A DNA stretch of 58,787 bases, filler included, from 6 parts of 6 records of this genome joined end to end with filler, not necessarily neighbours in it, one strand, 5' to 3'; shown: positions 38,468 to 50,035, counted from the first letter of the whole stretch. Notes: generated from the letters alone by a model not told the origin. Numbers and translations are program-made.

Positions 38468-41400
38468 TCAAAGGTTCGCCTCAACTGAGCTCGACATGGT
38501 TGGTTCAACCGGTATTTCGCGATTCAGTGGGTTTGGCACGCCGGTATAAACCCTTTTTTCAAAAAGCACCGGTTCGTTCACTGTGTCCGTGTTGGTGCCA
38601 GGCACAGGTTTTGGACGGTGTTCCGGGTCGTTAGGTCCCGCCTGTCTTGTGGCAAACCCACCGTCGACATCGTTGGGAGAGACATCTGTGCCAGCAAGTC
38701 GCTGTGCCCGCCGCTTTCGTCGATTGACGAAACCTCGGCGAGCATGTGCGACGCGTCGAACTCGTCGAAAACTAGGCAACACCAGCATGTTGTTGCCCGC
38801 AGCAGGTGGAGACAATCCGTCAACACTACCGGATGGGACGGCAAGCCGATGAAATGCAACCGGCACAACTCGGCTGTCAGCCGGCGAGGTGGGTAAGTCG
38901 GCACTCTGCTGCGTGCCTGCAAGTGATTGCACTTCAGTCTGCTTCAACGAACGGTGCACACCATCTTTGCGTATCTCCTCGCGCAGCGTGTTGCCGCGAG
39001 TAAGACCGTTCTTGCGAAAGGCAGTCGCTGCTGTCGCTTTTTTGCGCCGTGATTCGACCACAACTGCAGATGCCGTGACTTGCTGCAACCTTTTCATGAG
39101 CGCCCATCGCCGAGCTTGCTCGGATTCTCCTGATGCAGCAGCGAGCCTTGCATTGCTCGCGCGTGCACTCAAAGTCTGCAGTTCTGACTTAATTTCTTGC
39201 TGCTGTTTCATTAAATCCCGAGCTTGATGGTCCAGGTGTCGCAATCGGGCAACGCTGCGGGCTCTGGCACTGGCTGTCAAAAACAACCACGACACGAACA
39301 ATTTGACACACAATACTGCGAGCCCAAGTAGAGGTCCAGTGACCAAAATTTGCATTGCAATTGATTGCATAACTTTTTCTACCCACAGCACGCATTCGCT
39401 GTCGTCAAACGCAGCTGACAACAGGAGGCATATCATCATTGTGAACGCGGCTAACACAGTCAAAAAGCTCGAGTTGATTACCATAAGCCGGCTTCGATCG
39501 GCCTTGCAGTCCGTGTACCTTGTTGCCAAGTGACACGCACGACACAAAAAATAAACATTAGAACCGTACATTAGCTGCAGGTGTGGAACCGATGATGGCA
39601 CAGGTCGAAATCAGTGCATGACTATTTTGAAATTACCAAGCGTCGAACTCGATATGTCGAATGCGACGTCGACGCCGCTGGAGTTCTCGAACAGTGTCTT
39701 GGAACTTTGTGATGACTCGTTCAGCGGCAGCACTGCTCGCGATTGCGTTTGTTACCCTCAACGCGTCGGAGTTTGCTTTCAGATCGGCTTCTTCAGCCGC
39801 GCGGCCACACACCTCGGCGCGCGTTGGCAGCTGTAGTCTGGCTTTAAAAAAAAACAGATTCTTCTCAATTCGTCTCGCCTGCTCCCACTCTCGAGCGCGG
39901 CGTTCAATTTTCTTCGCAATCGCCAAAGCTTTGGTTGCACCCTTAAGTTGCGACGTCCCCAGCGAAGGCAAAGACTTGCGGGATTGAAATTCGCTGCGTG
40001 CCTCTCTCACAGTTGATGGCGCTTCACTGATAGTCAGGGAGCGGTCGTGCGACTCTAGGACCAGACCCCACCAATGCCGAAGAATGGACATATGAAACGG
40101 AGCTGTTGCCGATTGTGCCGACTGCGTCACCGCCACTCGTGATTGTTTCTGGCACAGCATCCGTGAAAATAACACTGCCAGTTGTTGGCTTACAAGGCTT
40201 TTTGGACAAGCCGTGCATGTCCCGAAGCTATTCACGTTGGATATCATGTAAGGCAAAAAGTACTGAACAGGAAACAGCACGAAGTTTGCTGTTACAGCGC
40301 CGAACAAAACCTCGATCAGCACTGAACTGGCTGATTTTGGCACATTGGTAGAGTCGATGTCGAATAAAAAGGCCTGAACCAAAAACGTACTCAAAATACC
40401 AGCGTAAAGAATAAACGCTTTGTCAGCAGCCGTAAACACGATGTGTTCATGTGACCACCAGAAAAAAAGCGCCAAGAATGGATTGCTCGACACAACCTGC
40501 AGCAACACCATGCCCACGACTTGGCCAGGAGACAACCAACCACGCAATATGGCCTCTGACTCGTGCCCACCAATGACACTTGGTCGCGCAAGTTGTCCAA
40601 ACTGTGCAAAAACGAGTCTTGCTTCATGCACTATGTCCGTGCGCCTTTTTATTTTCTTTGACAGCACGACCGTCAGGATGAAAACGACCGCAAAAGCTGC
40701 GAACAGAGATGGAACCAATGGGTTCACACGAGTATTACCATCCAACAAGTCGACAGCCCCGAGCGCCTCAAGCCGCTTTTGCACAGCGCGCACCTTGCCC
40801 TCGACAGCAAGCGCGGCTGCGCTATCGTCCACGACCGTAAATAATGTTAGATGCCCGGACACACAAATTACGTCGATGCCAAGTGCATGATTTTTCCCAC
40901 CCTCGATTTCGTTCTCTGATTGTGACACTGACACGCCGCGCAAATACACGCCTCGTGCGCTCCATACACCTCGCGACTCGTCAAAAAACTTGCAAGACAA
41001 CCGGATCCGCATGGGTACGTCCAAACCGTCACTGTCGTTGTCCGATTTATCAAGGTCTACAGAGATCGTGATGGAGTAGCCATCGTCTATATCAATGAAG
41101 TCTCCTTCAGGCGGAGGACTAACGTTTATGTCATGAACGTCAGCCATAAGATCTGCGCCAAATACCGACGTGGAAGTCAATAACGACAGAACAACACTTC
41201 CTGGCGAGGTCCTAATCGGGTTGATGAACTCAACGCCAAAACCAGCCGTGTCGTAGCTCGTGTTGTTCGTGATGCGTTCGCAAGCAATAGAGACGTGACG
41301 CAGCGTGGTTTGACTTTGCTGCATGACTGATGATTCACAAATCCCCTCGAGTGCTGCCATTAGTTGTAGCATGTCTGCGATGTCAGTGACGCGCGAAGCG

Positions 41401-42562
41401 AAATTGTCAACCAGGCCACCAAACACATCTATGGTGCTTGCATCTGCCAATTCCAAGTGTTCGCTCGTTTTTGCGATTGCATCGACGATAAAGCTTTGGT
41501 CCTCAGAACCGTTTTCAACCAAAGGTTCCAGGGCAGCAAGAACACCAACATTCTGGCTGACGTGCGCGGGGGTCCACGAACTTGTGTTGGAAACATAGGC
41601 AGCAAAATTGCGCAGAACCAGGCTTAGATTGGCGTCCACTTGAGTCTGGTGCATGAAGCCACTGTTGGTTGCATCGTATGGATACAAGTCATTGTTCCCG
41701 CAAATTGCATCCCCGTCAGCATCTTGCTCAGCGTCAAAAGGGCACGAGTCGTCTGGCACACAAATTTCATCCGAGTCAACGTCATTCTGCGCGTCGAATT
41801 CGCAAGAATCGGCGCTTGAGCAAATTTTATCAGAGTCCACGTCATTTTCGAAATCATTGCGGCATGAATCGACGTCTCCACAAAGTCGGTCTGAATCTAT
41901 GTCATTTTCGAAATCACGGGAACACGAGTCACGGTCTGCGCATACCAGGTCGCCATCCACATCGTTCTCAACGTCATTCCAACATGAGTCCACTTGAGCG
42001 CACAACGAATCGCTATCCGCGTCGTTATTATTGTCGTATGGACAACTGTCAAGGTCGGCACAGATCCAGTCCATGTCAAAGTCATTCTCAGCATCAAACT
42101 GACACATATCAACATCTCCGCAAACTCTGTCACTGTCAGCGTCGTTGCCATCGTCAAAGGGACACGAATCGGCGTTGCCGCAAACAAAGTCATTGTCCAC
42201 GTCGTTCTCACTGTCGTATGAGCATGAGTCAACTTCCAAGCAAAAATAATCACCATCTGCGTCATTCTCCACATCATAAGCGCAAGAGTCGATGTCCCCG
42301 CAGGTGGAATCACTGTCTATGTCATTTTCCGCGTCAAATGTGCATGAATCCACATCGCCGCAAATCGCGTCACCGTCAGCGTCGTTCTCTGCGTCCAAAG
42401 CGCATGAATCGACGTCACCGCACACCGCGTCGCCGTCGGCATCATTGACCGCGTCGAAAGCGCAAGAATCAATGTCGCCACAAACCGCGTCGCTGTCGGC
42501 GTCGTTTCGCGGGTCCAAAGCACAAGAGTCGGTATCGCCACAAACCGCGTCGTTGTCGGCAT
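38468..42562 (-). CDS. Eukaryotic spliced gene, 5' truncated: TSP3-like Ca-binding repeats + GAIN/GPS domain + multipass TM region (polycystin-1/adhesion-receptor-like); intron 39519-39636
   Basis: GPS motif CKFFD..W...C.SGHLTLF. Donor GTAATT at 39636, CTAAT branch candidates and an AAG acceptor restore the frame (EFDAW-YTDCK). Several TM segments. Confidence 0.72.
41676..42562 (-). repeat. Coding tandem repeat, 60-nt/20-aa unit DxxNDxDxDxxCxxxDSCxx, 14 full copies plus a partial
   Basis: Counted in the translation; the array runs off the contig end. Confidence 0.9.
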
Positions 42563-42662
42563 NNNNNNNNNNNNNNNNNNNNNNNNNNNNNNNNNNNNNN
42601 NNNNNNTTAATTAATTAANNNNNNNNNNNNNNNNNNNNNNNNNNNNNNNNNNNNNNNNNNNN
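42563..42662. other. Artificial contig linker
   Basis: 44 N + TTAATTAATTAA + 44 N. Confidence 0.99.
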
Positions 42663-42820
42663 AAAATAATTTAATCCATTTCGACGTAGAACTTTTCAAG
42701 ATACTCAGGACAGGCTCTGGGAATAAAACCCACAATGCGGGATTAAAGCATATTCTTTAAACAACAAAAAAGCTGCCTAAATATCTAGACAGCCTTATTT
42801 TATTTATATAAATGATTTGA

Positions 42821-43336
42821 TTATTTTTCGGAAACCCCAATAACATTAACTTCTTTCCCCGCTTTAAATTCGATTGTTTTTAAACGGTTATCTCCTGGAA
42901 GCTTAAATATAAGAGCTGGAGTTGTACTAAACGATTGTTCTTCGCCTTCTGTAATTTCATATTCAATAACAGCTCCAGAACCTATTCTTTCTGTATCCTC
43001 AATTTCTATAGTTGTTTTTTTATTGGTTTCTGGTAAAATAATAACCCCTACTCTATTCTTACTAAAATCAATTGGAGTTACTTTATTATTCATGGTTTTA
43101 GCTACCCCAAATTTTTGATTAAATTCTTTTTCATTGTCAATAGTATAAAATTGAATTACATTTGGTGTAATTTCTTTCTTTGGAAAATAATTTTCAACCA
43201 CTTCTACTTCCATATTCTCTGGTTCTCCAACCCTAGTAAACTCACTTTCACTACTGTTTTTTTCTCCTTTTTTATCGCCACAAGCCACAATCATTGCTGT
43301 AGCAAATACAGCTAATACTATTTTTCTAATAATCAT
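42821..43336 (-). CDS. Hypothetical lipoprotein
   Basis: Lipobox IVAC followed by a K/E-rich linker; 171 aa. Confidence 0.8.
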   Translation of the reverse strand: MIIRKIVLAVFATAMIVACGDKKGEKNSSESEFTRVGEPENMEVEVVENYFPKKEITPNVIQFYTIDNEKEFNQKFGVAKTMNNKVTPIDFSKNRVGVIILPETNKKTTIEIEDTERIGSGAVIEYEITEGEEQSFSTTPALIFKLPGDNRLKTIEFKAGKEVNVIGVSEK

Positions 43337-43615
43337 AATACTTTTCTTTATTATTTAATACGCTTTATATCAATTATTTACAAATAAATATACTGAATTT
43401 TATAGTTTTTAACCTTCATAAATTTATTTAGTTCTTATAAAATCAATACTAATGCCAAAACTATACATCTATTCTACCTCCTCTTATGACATATATCATA
43501 TATATAATCATTGTATTAATTAGTTGAGGAAACTCCTTAAAATTTATCGACAATCAATATCCTTAAAAATTAATGAATAACAGTTTATAAATACTCTTAG
43601 AAAAAAATGAAGCTC

Positions 43616-44788
43616 TTAATATCCTATAAAAATCCAACCTATTATTGGTTCAGTATCGCTTCCTAAAGCTAAATTATAAAAATATACTCCTGGAGGCAGA
43701 CGTTCGTTTTTATTAAGCATTCCATTTACATTAATAAATCCATCCCAGCTATTATCGTACGTTTTTTTATGATATACTAACGTCCCATATCTGTTATAAA
43801 TTTTAAGTACATTTTCTGGATAGTTATCTATAGAATCAATTACAAAAGTATCGTTCATTCCATCATTATTGGGAGTAAAAATATCATGTACTATTATGCC
43901 TAACGGATTTACAGAAGCAGTTGAAACATTGTTTTGTATTTCAAAATCTTCTGGTTCTGAATAAACTAAGCTTACTTGGTTCAGATAATCGCCTTTATTA
44001 GCAACCTTCACTTTTATCTTTAAATTTTCTTGTGCCTTGGATGCTAATTTTGGGATACTCCAAATACCTTCTGCAACCTTATAAATTCCCGCACTAGATT
44101 GATGTTCTTGATAAATATAACCAGATGGTAATTCTTCCTTAACTATAACATTTATTGCTGGAATATTGGTTGTATTAAAAACTGAAATAGTAAAGTTTAC
44201 AATAGTTTCATAAGGAACTTTTACTTTATCTACTTCTTTCTGTATTGCTATGTCTATACAGGCATCCATAAATACCTCAACAGCATAGCTAACTTCTGAA
44301 CTCAGACTTGAAGCATAATACATTTTACCATCTTCCAAAAGTGTGGTTGCAGGTAAACTTACATTCCGCTCTTTAGTTGAATACCAAATCAAGTCATTTA
44401 ATCCAATATCCAACTCCATAATAGTTGGTTTTGCCTTCTCACAAAAATGAAGCGCTGTAAACTCTTCTGAAGTTTTGCTATACCTAACTTCAATATTATT
44501 TGACAGCTCCGACCCACAGTTATAATCGTTATACGCTATAGCCTTATAAATCCCTTCTTTTGTTACTGAATAAACACTATTTGTTGCATTCTCAATAACT
44601 TCATTATTTCGTAACCATACATAATAAGTAGCGCCTTCTGAAAAAGCATTTAATTGCACAGATTCTCCAGGACTAATAGTTATTTGTTCATTTTCTGCTT
44701 GCGCATACGCTTTCTCAAAAAAACTTGCAATAACCACTAGCATCCCCAGATATATTCTGAGATAATATAACGAATAAGGAGTTTGCAT
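43616..44788 (-). CDS. T9SS type-B CTD (gliding motility-associated C-terminal domain) protein with Ig-like and DUF11 domains
   Basis: FTPNNDGMNDTF, IYNRYG, WDG, LPPGVYFY and GWI; signal peptide AYAQ. Confidence 0.88.
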   Translation of the reverse strand: MQTPYSLYYLRIYLGMLVVIASFFEKAYAQAENEQITISPGESVQLNAFSEGATYYVWLRNNEVIENATNSVYSVTKEGIYKAIAYNDYNCGSELSNNIEVRYSKTSEEFTALHFCEKAKPTIMELDIGLNDLIWYSTKERNVSLPATTLLEDGKMYYASSLSSEVSYAVEVFMDACIDIAIQKEVDKVKVPYETIVNFTISVFNTTNIPAINVIVKEELPSGYIYQEHQSSAGIYKVAEGIWSIPKLASKAQENLKIKVKVANKGDYLNQVSLVYSEPEDFEIQNNVSTASVNPLGIIVHDIFTPNNDGMNDTFVIDSIDNYPENVLKIYNRYGTLVYHKKTYDNSWDGFINVNGMLNKNERLPPGVYFYNLALGSDTEPIIGWIFIGY

Positions 44789-44843
44789 AAATTAATTCAT
44801 TGTAAAACAATAGCAAAATCAAATTTTAATTTATGGAACTCTC

Positions 44844-45734
44844 TTAATTGGTAATGTTACCAATTGAAATAGTTGGAGCTCCTGGAACAGCTGTTATAGT
44901 AATTTCAAATGGATCCCCTGTAGAATCTTTAATATTTCCAACATAGGTTATATAACTTCTTGTGCCATCATCTGTTTTTACCACATACTTAACTTCCACA
45001 TAAAAAGTATAGGTTCCAGGGTCTGTTATAGAAATATTATAGTTATTTACAGCGGTTTCAAGATTAATTGGATTAGCTGTTCCTCCTTCTAAAACTGCAT
45101 ACCAATTATAGCTAACTTCAAAATTACTCCCTAAAGGATTGCTATACCCGTTTGTATTTGCACTATAATCTGCTGTAATATTGGTTACTGAAAGATTTGT
45201 AGGGGTGTCAAACACATTGTTTGCGCAATACTCTTGCGGATTATCATTTAAAGTTACAGTAGTAGTAATATCTAAAGGCGATAATACAAAAAGGATTAAA
45301 TCCTGATATTCTTCGGATTGACAAATAACGGTTCCTCCTTCATTATTTACCAAACCATATACTCTATATTTATGATATCCAGGAGCAAGCTGTGCTAAAG
45401 ATAAATTTGCAGTTGTTTGGCCAGATACTATATTCTCAGTCCCATTTTGCAATACTAAATACCATTGATAAGAGTTGAATACATTCCCATTTCCATCATC
45501 TAAACTAGCAGTTAGTGTAATTGAAGGGCCACTTGTAGCAGGGTTGTAAAATAATACAGCGTCATTAATAACTGTTACGGTGGTAGCATCACTATTAATT
45601 GTTCCAACATCCAGATGTGTAGGTGTTGAAATAGACGCTTGTGGATTTGGCGCAGTTTGCGCATAACTCTGAAATGAGGTTAATAACCCTATTCCCAAAA
45701 GAGTTGTAAATAAAATTTTGTTGAACGTTTTCAT
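44844..45734 (-). CDS. Hypothetical exported beta-rich (Ig-like) protein
   Basis: Signal peptide SYAQ; two repeats of Y.WY...PG.(H/Y).(Y/F).V. Confidence 0.8.
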   Translation of the reverse strand: MKTFNKILFTTLLGIGLLTSFQSYAQTAPNPQASISTPTHLDVGTINSDATTVTVINDAVLFYNPATSGPSITLTASLDDGNGNVFNSYQWYLVLQNGTENIVSGQTTANLSLAQLAPGYHKYRVYGLVNNEGGTVICQSEEYQDLILFVLSPLDITTTVTLNDNPQEYCANNVFDTPTNLSVTNITADYSANTNGYSNPLGSNFEVSYNWYAVLEGGTANPINLETAVNNYNISITDPGTYTFYVEVKYVVKTDDGTRSYITYVGNIKDSTGDPFEITITAVPGAPTISIGNITN

Positions 45735-45765
45735 TTTTTTACATTTTAGATTAATGCTTAATTAT

Positions 45766-46620
45766 TTAATTCTGATTTATATTGATTTCTATAGCTGGAT
45801 TCCCTGGTTTTAAATATTTTGTTATCTGAATAAGAGTTCTAGATGATGAAAAATTGGTGGCAGTTTCAACAGCTACTACATAATAATTCCCACTCGTCAA
45901 ATTTGCAGCGTTAAAAGAAATAACTTGACTAGTACTACTTCCTACAAGATTTCCACCTGTAAGAGAATCATATAATTTATAGGTATAGTTGGGTTGAAAA
46001 TTATTTATTCCTACAGCTCCTATTTCTCCCTCACAAATAGCGATACTGGTATTTACAAGAATAGGAGGTGCTATGAAAAAAGCGTAATAAAGCCTAGCAG
46101 ATATTGAAAATCGTGAAGAAGTACTTAACCTTAAACGCAAACCATCACTTTCTTCACTAGATCCAGGAATTGGTATTGAAACTTCTGTTGCGTTAGCGCC
46201 ACCATTTGTGGTAATGAGGGCTGCCAATGGAGTACTTGTATAGGCGGTTCCTACTGTTCCATTAATCCCTCCATTGGTACGCTGAATAGCTATTTCGTCT
46301 GTCAGCTCTGAAAGCATTATAGTAGATCCAAACTTTATAATAATAGGAGAGGTAGGTCTTGGGCGAAGAACCCCCGTAAACTGAAGATTTTGTTGCGCAA
46401 AAAAAAGTCCACCAATGCCCACTCCAATATTTAGTGTAGAGTAGTTGGCGTAATCTGCATCTATTGCCCTGTTCTCATTACTTATACTCGCAGAAAGTGA
46501 ATGGCTATTTTGTTGTGTAGTAGCATAAACCCTTTGCCCATATACGTTTGATGAATATATTACAAGCATCCAAATGAATAGTGTAATATACATTTGATGA
46601 TAACGCAATAGATTATACAA
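45766..46620 (-). CDS. Hypothetical exported adhesin-module protein
   Basis: Signal peptide VYGQ; C-terminal Ig-like ICEG...YKLYD...YYV; start may be ATG 46593. Confidence 0.75.
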   Translation of the reverse strand: MYNLLRYHQMYITLFIWMLVIYSSNVYGQRVYATTQQNSHSLSASISNENRAIDADYANYSTLNIGVGIGGLFFAQQNLQFTGVLRPRPTSPIIIKFGSTIMLSELTDEIAIQRTNGGINGTVGTAYTSTPLAALITTNGGANATEVSIPIPGSSEESDGLRLRLSTSSRFSISARLYYAFFIAPPILVNTSIAICEGEIGAVGINNFQPNYTYKLYDSLTGGNLVGSSTSQVISFNAANLTSGNYYVVAVETATNFSSSRTLIQITKYLKPGNPAIEININQN

Positions 46621-47063
46621 TGCGTTGACTATATATGTTCATAACCCGATTTTATATAATATTAATCTTCTTTTTATTAAAAAATTTAATCGTTTTTATA
46701 TAATAATTCAGGTGTGGTTTATTACTTTGGTTCTGGCGACTAATTTAGTAAACAAAATCAATACTATCGTAAAAATTCGTAAGAATTTTACGATGGCTAG
46801 TTGTCTTTCAATTAAACCTATTTTTGGCGAATATACTTCATTACAAAAGAGATTCGACGTATTTTAGATTTTATATAATTAAAAAACGAGAAAGAAAATT
46901 GGGGAGTATGCAACATATTTATCAGAAGTTGTTCGAAAATATTCTTAAAAATAGAACTCCTAGTTTATACCTTATAAAGAATGAAAATGAAGTTCTGAAA
47001 TTATTATAACATTCGTATTATTATCTAAAGCACATATGCATTTCACTCTTAGGATAAGTGATT

Positions 47064-47111
47064 AAAAAAAAGTGACTGTCATAAAAACATGCTTTTTTAG
47101 ACAGTCACTTT
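47064..47111 (-). terminator. Rho-independent terminator
   Basis: GTGACTGTC...GACAGTCAC stem with an 8-T tail on the minus strand. Confidence 0.8.
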
Positions 47112-47127
47112 CTATATTTTAGAGGAT

Positions 47128-49068
47128 TTAAAAGTCTGGTTTATTCTCAACTATGATAAAATTGGACCTTCGGTTTAAGGAATGTTCTTCCTCACTGCAA
47201 CTTACCCCATTTGAGCATTTATTTTTTAATTTACTCTCTCCAAACCCTCTAGCACCTTCAATTCTATTTGCTTCAATTCCGTTTGCAATAATGTAACGTT
47301 TTGTATGCTCTGCTCTAGAATTTGAAAGGCTCATATTATAACTATCGGAACCCCTAGAATCGGTGTGAGATTCTATCATGATATGAAGCGTTGGAAATTC
47401 TTTCATAACATATAACACTTTTTCTAGTGCTACTTGCGCTTGTGGGGTAATATCGGCTTTGTTATACTCAAAGAATATAGGATCTACATCTATTTTTAAA
47501 TCGTTGCCCTCTTTAACCGTTAAACTTTTTAAAGAAGTTAGGTATACATCATTCCCTCTTAGCGCTACTTTAGGATCTTCTGTAGTCTTTGCATATATTT
47601 TTTCTGATGTATAATCTGGTTTAGAAAATGTTAACTGTTGTTCCATTTTAAATGGAAGTTCTAGTTCATAATATCCACTATCTCCTGTTTGTATAGTTTG
47701 TGTAACAGCATCATTAAGAATATCTTTAACTTCTACAGAAACTCCTTCAAGTGGCTCTTTTGTTTTTTCATCATATACATGCCCTGAAAAAGTTTGAAAT
47801 AGTAAAGGTTCTTTTTTTCTGAAGTAATAAATATCATCATCTCCTTTTCCTAAACTTCTATTAGAAGCAAAATAACCTGTACGATTGGTAGGGTTATAAA
47901 TCAAACTAAAATCGTCCATATTGCTGTTTAAACTCCCGCCTAAATTTAACGGAATCTCATAGCTGTTTTTTCCTTTAATCTTACTCTCAAAAATATCTAA
48001 CCCTCCTAGCCCATAATGCGCATCTGATGAGAAATACAACGTACTATCTGTAACAAAAGGAAACATTTCTCTTCCTGGGGTATTAATAGTTGGCCCTAGG
48101 TTTATTGGAGTATTTGTTTTTCCATCTTCAAAAATTTCAGTGTAGTAAATATCAGACGCTCCATAACCACCAGGCATATCAGATACAAAATACAAATACT
48201 TCCCATCTGGAGAAATTGCAGGATGCCCACAAGAATATTTCATACTATTAAAGCTTAGCGTTTCAATATTGGTAATATTATCTCCATTAATATACCCTCT
48301 AACAATTTCAAAATTTGAAACTCCTTCTTTATTAGTTTTTAGCTTTTTATTAGCACTATAATTTCTAGTAAAATAAACAAACTTTCCATCTTTACTAAAA
48401 CATGGTGTAGCATCATGGAAATTGGATTTTGATTTTAAACTGAACTTTTTTGCGTCTTTCAGTTCTCCATTTTCCTTGTTTTTTTCAGCAATATAAAGAT
48501 CCAAATACGGCTGATTATTCCATGGATATAATTTATCCTTTGTAACACTTGTATCTCTGGTGGATGAGAAAACAATATAATCTTTATAATATATCGGAGC
48601 AAAATCTGACATCTTGGAGTTAATAGCCACATTCTGAATCTTGTAAAGAGAATCTGATACTTTTATTTCGTCAAGATTTCTTTTCTGAATGGTTATTGTT
48701 TCAATTCTACTGTAATCATCGGCATAATAATCTTGAATAAGACGGTTTGCTTTTTCATAATCTCTACTGGATTTTGCAGACTGTAGATACTTTATAAAAG
48801 TACTTTCCTTCATCCGTTCGTTATTTAAATTATAAAGTTTATCATACCATACATACGCATTTTGGTAGTCGGCAATATTAAAATAGCTATTTGCCAAGCG
48901 TTCCAATGCACCCGGATTTAAGGTAGTACTCCTGTCTATAATTTTTTTATATTGATTTGCTGCTGCTTCATAATGATATTCAGCATAAAGCTTGTCTGCT
49001 TTCCATGTATTATTCTGGGCATACATTCCAAAGGAAAGGAAAGCGATAAAGATTAGTATTTTTTTCAT
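47128..49068 (-). CDS. PorE-like OmpA-family protein (TPR, PD40 propeller, carboxypeptidase-regulatory-like, OmpA-C)
   Basis: HTDSRG...LSNSRA...NRR OmpA motif; LYFVSDMPGGYG repeats; follows porP. Confidence 0.88.
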   Translation of the reverse strand: MKKILIFIAFLSFGMYAQNNTWKADKLYAEYHYEAAANQYKKIIDRSTTLNPGALERLANSYFNIADYQNAYVWYDKLYNLNNERMKESTFIKYLQSAKSSRDYEKANRLIQDYYADDYSRIETITIQKRNLDEIKVSDSLYKIQNVAINSKMSDFAPIYYKDYIVFSSTRDTSVTKDKLYPWNNQPYLDLYIAEKNKENGELKDAKKFSLKSKSNFHDATPCFSKDGKFVYFTRNYSANKKLKTNKEGVSNFEIVRGYINGDNITNIETLSFNSMKYSCGHPAISPDGKYLYFVSDMPGGYGASDIYYTEIFEDGKTNTPINLGPTINTPGREMFPFVTDSTLYFSSDAHYGLGGLDIFESKIKGKNSYEIPLNLGGSLNSNMDDFSLIYNPTNRTGYFASNRSLGKGDDDIYYFRKKEPLLFQTFSGHVYDEKTKEPLEGVSVEVKDILNDAVTQTIQTGDSGYYELELPFKMEQQLTFSKPDYTSEKIYAKTTEDPKVALRGNDVYLTSLKSLTVKEGNDLKIDVDPIFFEYNKADITPQAQVALEKVLYVMKEFPTLHIMIESHTDSRGSDSYNMSLSNSRAEHTKRYIIANGIEANRIEGARGFGESKLKNKCSNGVSCSEEEHSLNRRSNFIIVENKPDF

Positions 49069-49086
49069 AATAGTAGTTGGTTTTGG

Positions 49087-50010
49087 TTAGAAAAATCTAG
49101 GTGATTTAGCTCTTCTATTCGAGTCTGGTAAGGTATATTTTAATATAATTTCGTGTGAACCATCATTATATTTATTAAGCTCTGTGGTTGCATAATCAAA
49201 CGCATAGCCCGCAAAAAAGCTTCTTGATATCTGAAAACCAAGCATAGCACTCATTGAATCATTAAATCGATACGCTGCACCAACACTAAATTTATCTTGG
49301 ATAAGCGCATTTAATGATAAATCTACTGTTATTGGAGTTCCTTCACTATATTTAAGCAATGTAGATGGTTTAAGTTTTACATCGCTACTTACCTGAAAAA
49401 CATAACCTCCCATCAAATAAAACTGCGTTGTTTGGTCGATTACAAGTTCTTCATCGTCATTATATGTTTCGGTTTTTATAAAATTAGGAGTAGAAAGTCC
49501 CACATACCACTTATCACTATATAAATAAGCACCAGCTCCAATAATAGGTCTTATATTATTTACATTATTAGAAAGAATTGGATCTTGAGTATTGGCATAT
49601 TTTCCTTCAGACCAATCCACGTTTAATATATCCAACCCAGCATTCATCCCAAAGGATAAACGAGCGTTGTAACTAATAGGAATATTATATGAAAATACTC
49701 CGTTTATATCCAGTTCGTTAGATGGTCCAATATTATCGTTAACCATAGTAAGTCCAACACCTATACGCTGTCCTACTTTTCCACCTACCGTTAAGGACTG
49801 TGTAGAAGGAGCTCCATCGAGCCCAACCCATTGAGAACGATGAAGTAACCCTACCTCTAGCCTATTATCGGCAACATAACCAGAGTTTAATACGAGCGTA
49901 TTATACATATATTGCGTATACTGTGGTTGTTGCTGCGCAGTTGCTTTTTCCGTTATTAAAAAGCCTAAGAGCGTTATAAAAATTAATTTATATTGAATTG
50001 AATTTTTCAT
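49087..50010 (-). CDS. T9SS PorP/SprF family outer-membrane protein
   Basis: QQPQYTQYMYN, HRSQWVG..GAP, GSHEI and terminal SPRFF. Confidence 0.92.
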   Translation of the reverse strand: MKNSIQYKLIFITLLGFLITEKATAQQQPQYTQYMYNTLVLNSGYVADNRLEVGLLHRSQWVGLDGAPSTQSLTVGGKVGQRIGVGLTMVNDNIGPSNELDINGVFSYNIPISYNARLSFGMNAGLDILNVDWSEGKYANTQDPILSNNVNNIRPIIGAGAYLYSDKWYVGLSTPNFIKTETYNDDEELVIDQTTQFYLMGGYVFQVSSDVKLKPSTLLKYSEGTPITVDLSLNALIQDKFSVGAAYRFNDSMSAMLGFQISRSFFAGYAFDYATTELNKYNDGSHEIILKYTLPDSNRRAKSPRFF

Positions 50011-50035
50011 GAAATTTTGTTTTGAGGTTTTTGGT

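Noticed and set aside
39519-39636. Premature stop or frameshift making the GPS gene a pseudogene
   Set aside because: The stop lies in a GTAATT donor site and a 118-nt GT-AG intron restores the frame.
41676-42562. 60-nt periodic array as CRISPR or satellite, and repetitive ORFs in other frames
   Set aside because: Variation is codon-structured and preserves a 20-aa Asp/Cys protein repeat.
42679-42718. Degenerate Bacteroidota REP-like sequence (TTCGAC...CTCAGGACAGGCT)
   Set aside because: Single, interrupted copy at a contig edge; cannot be supported from this window.
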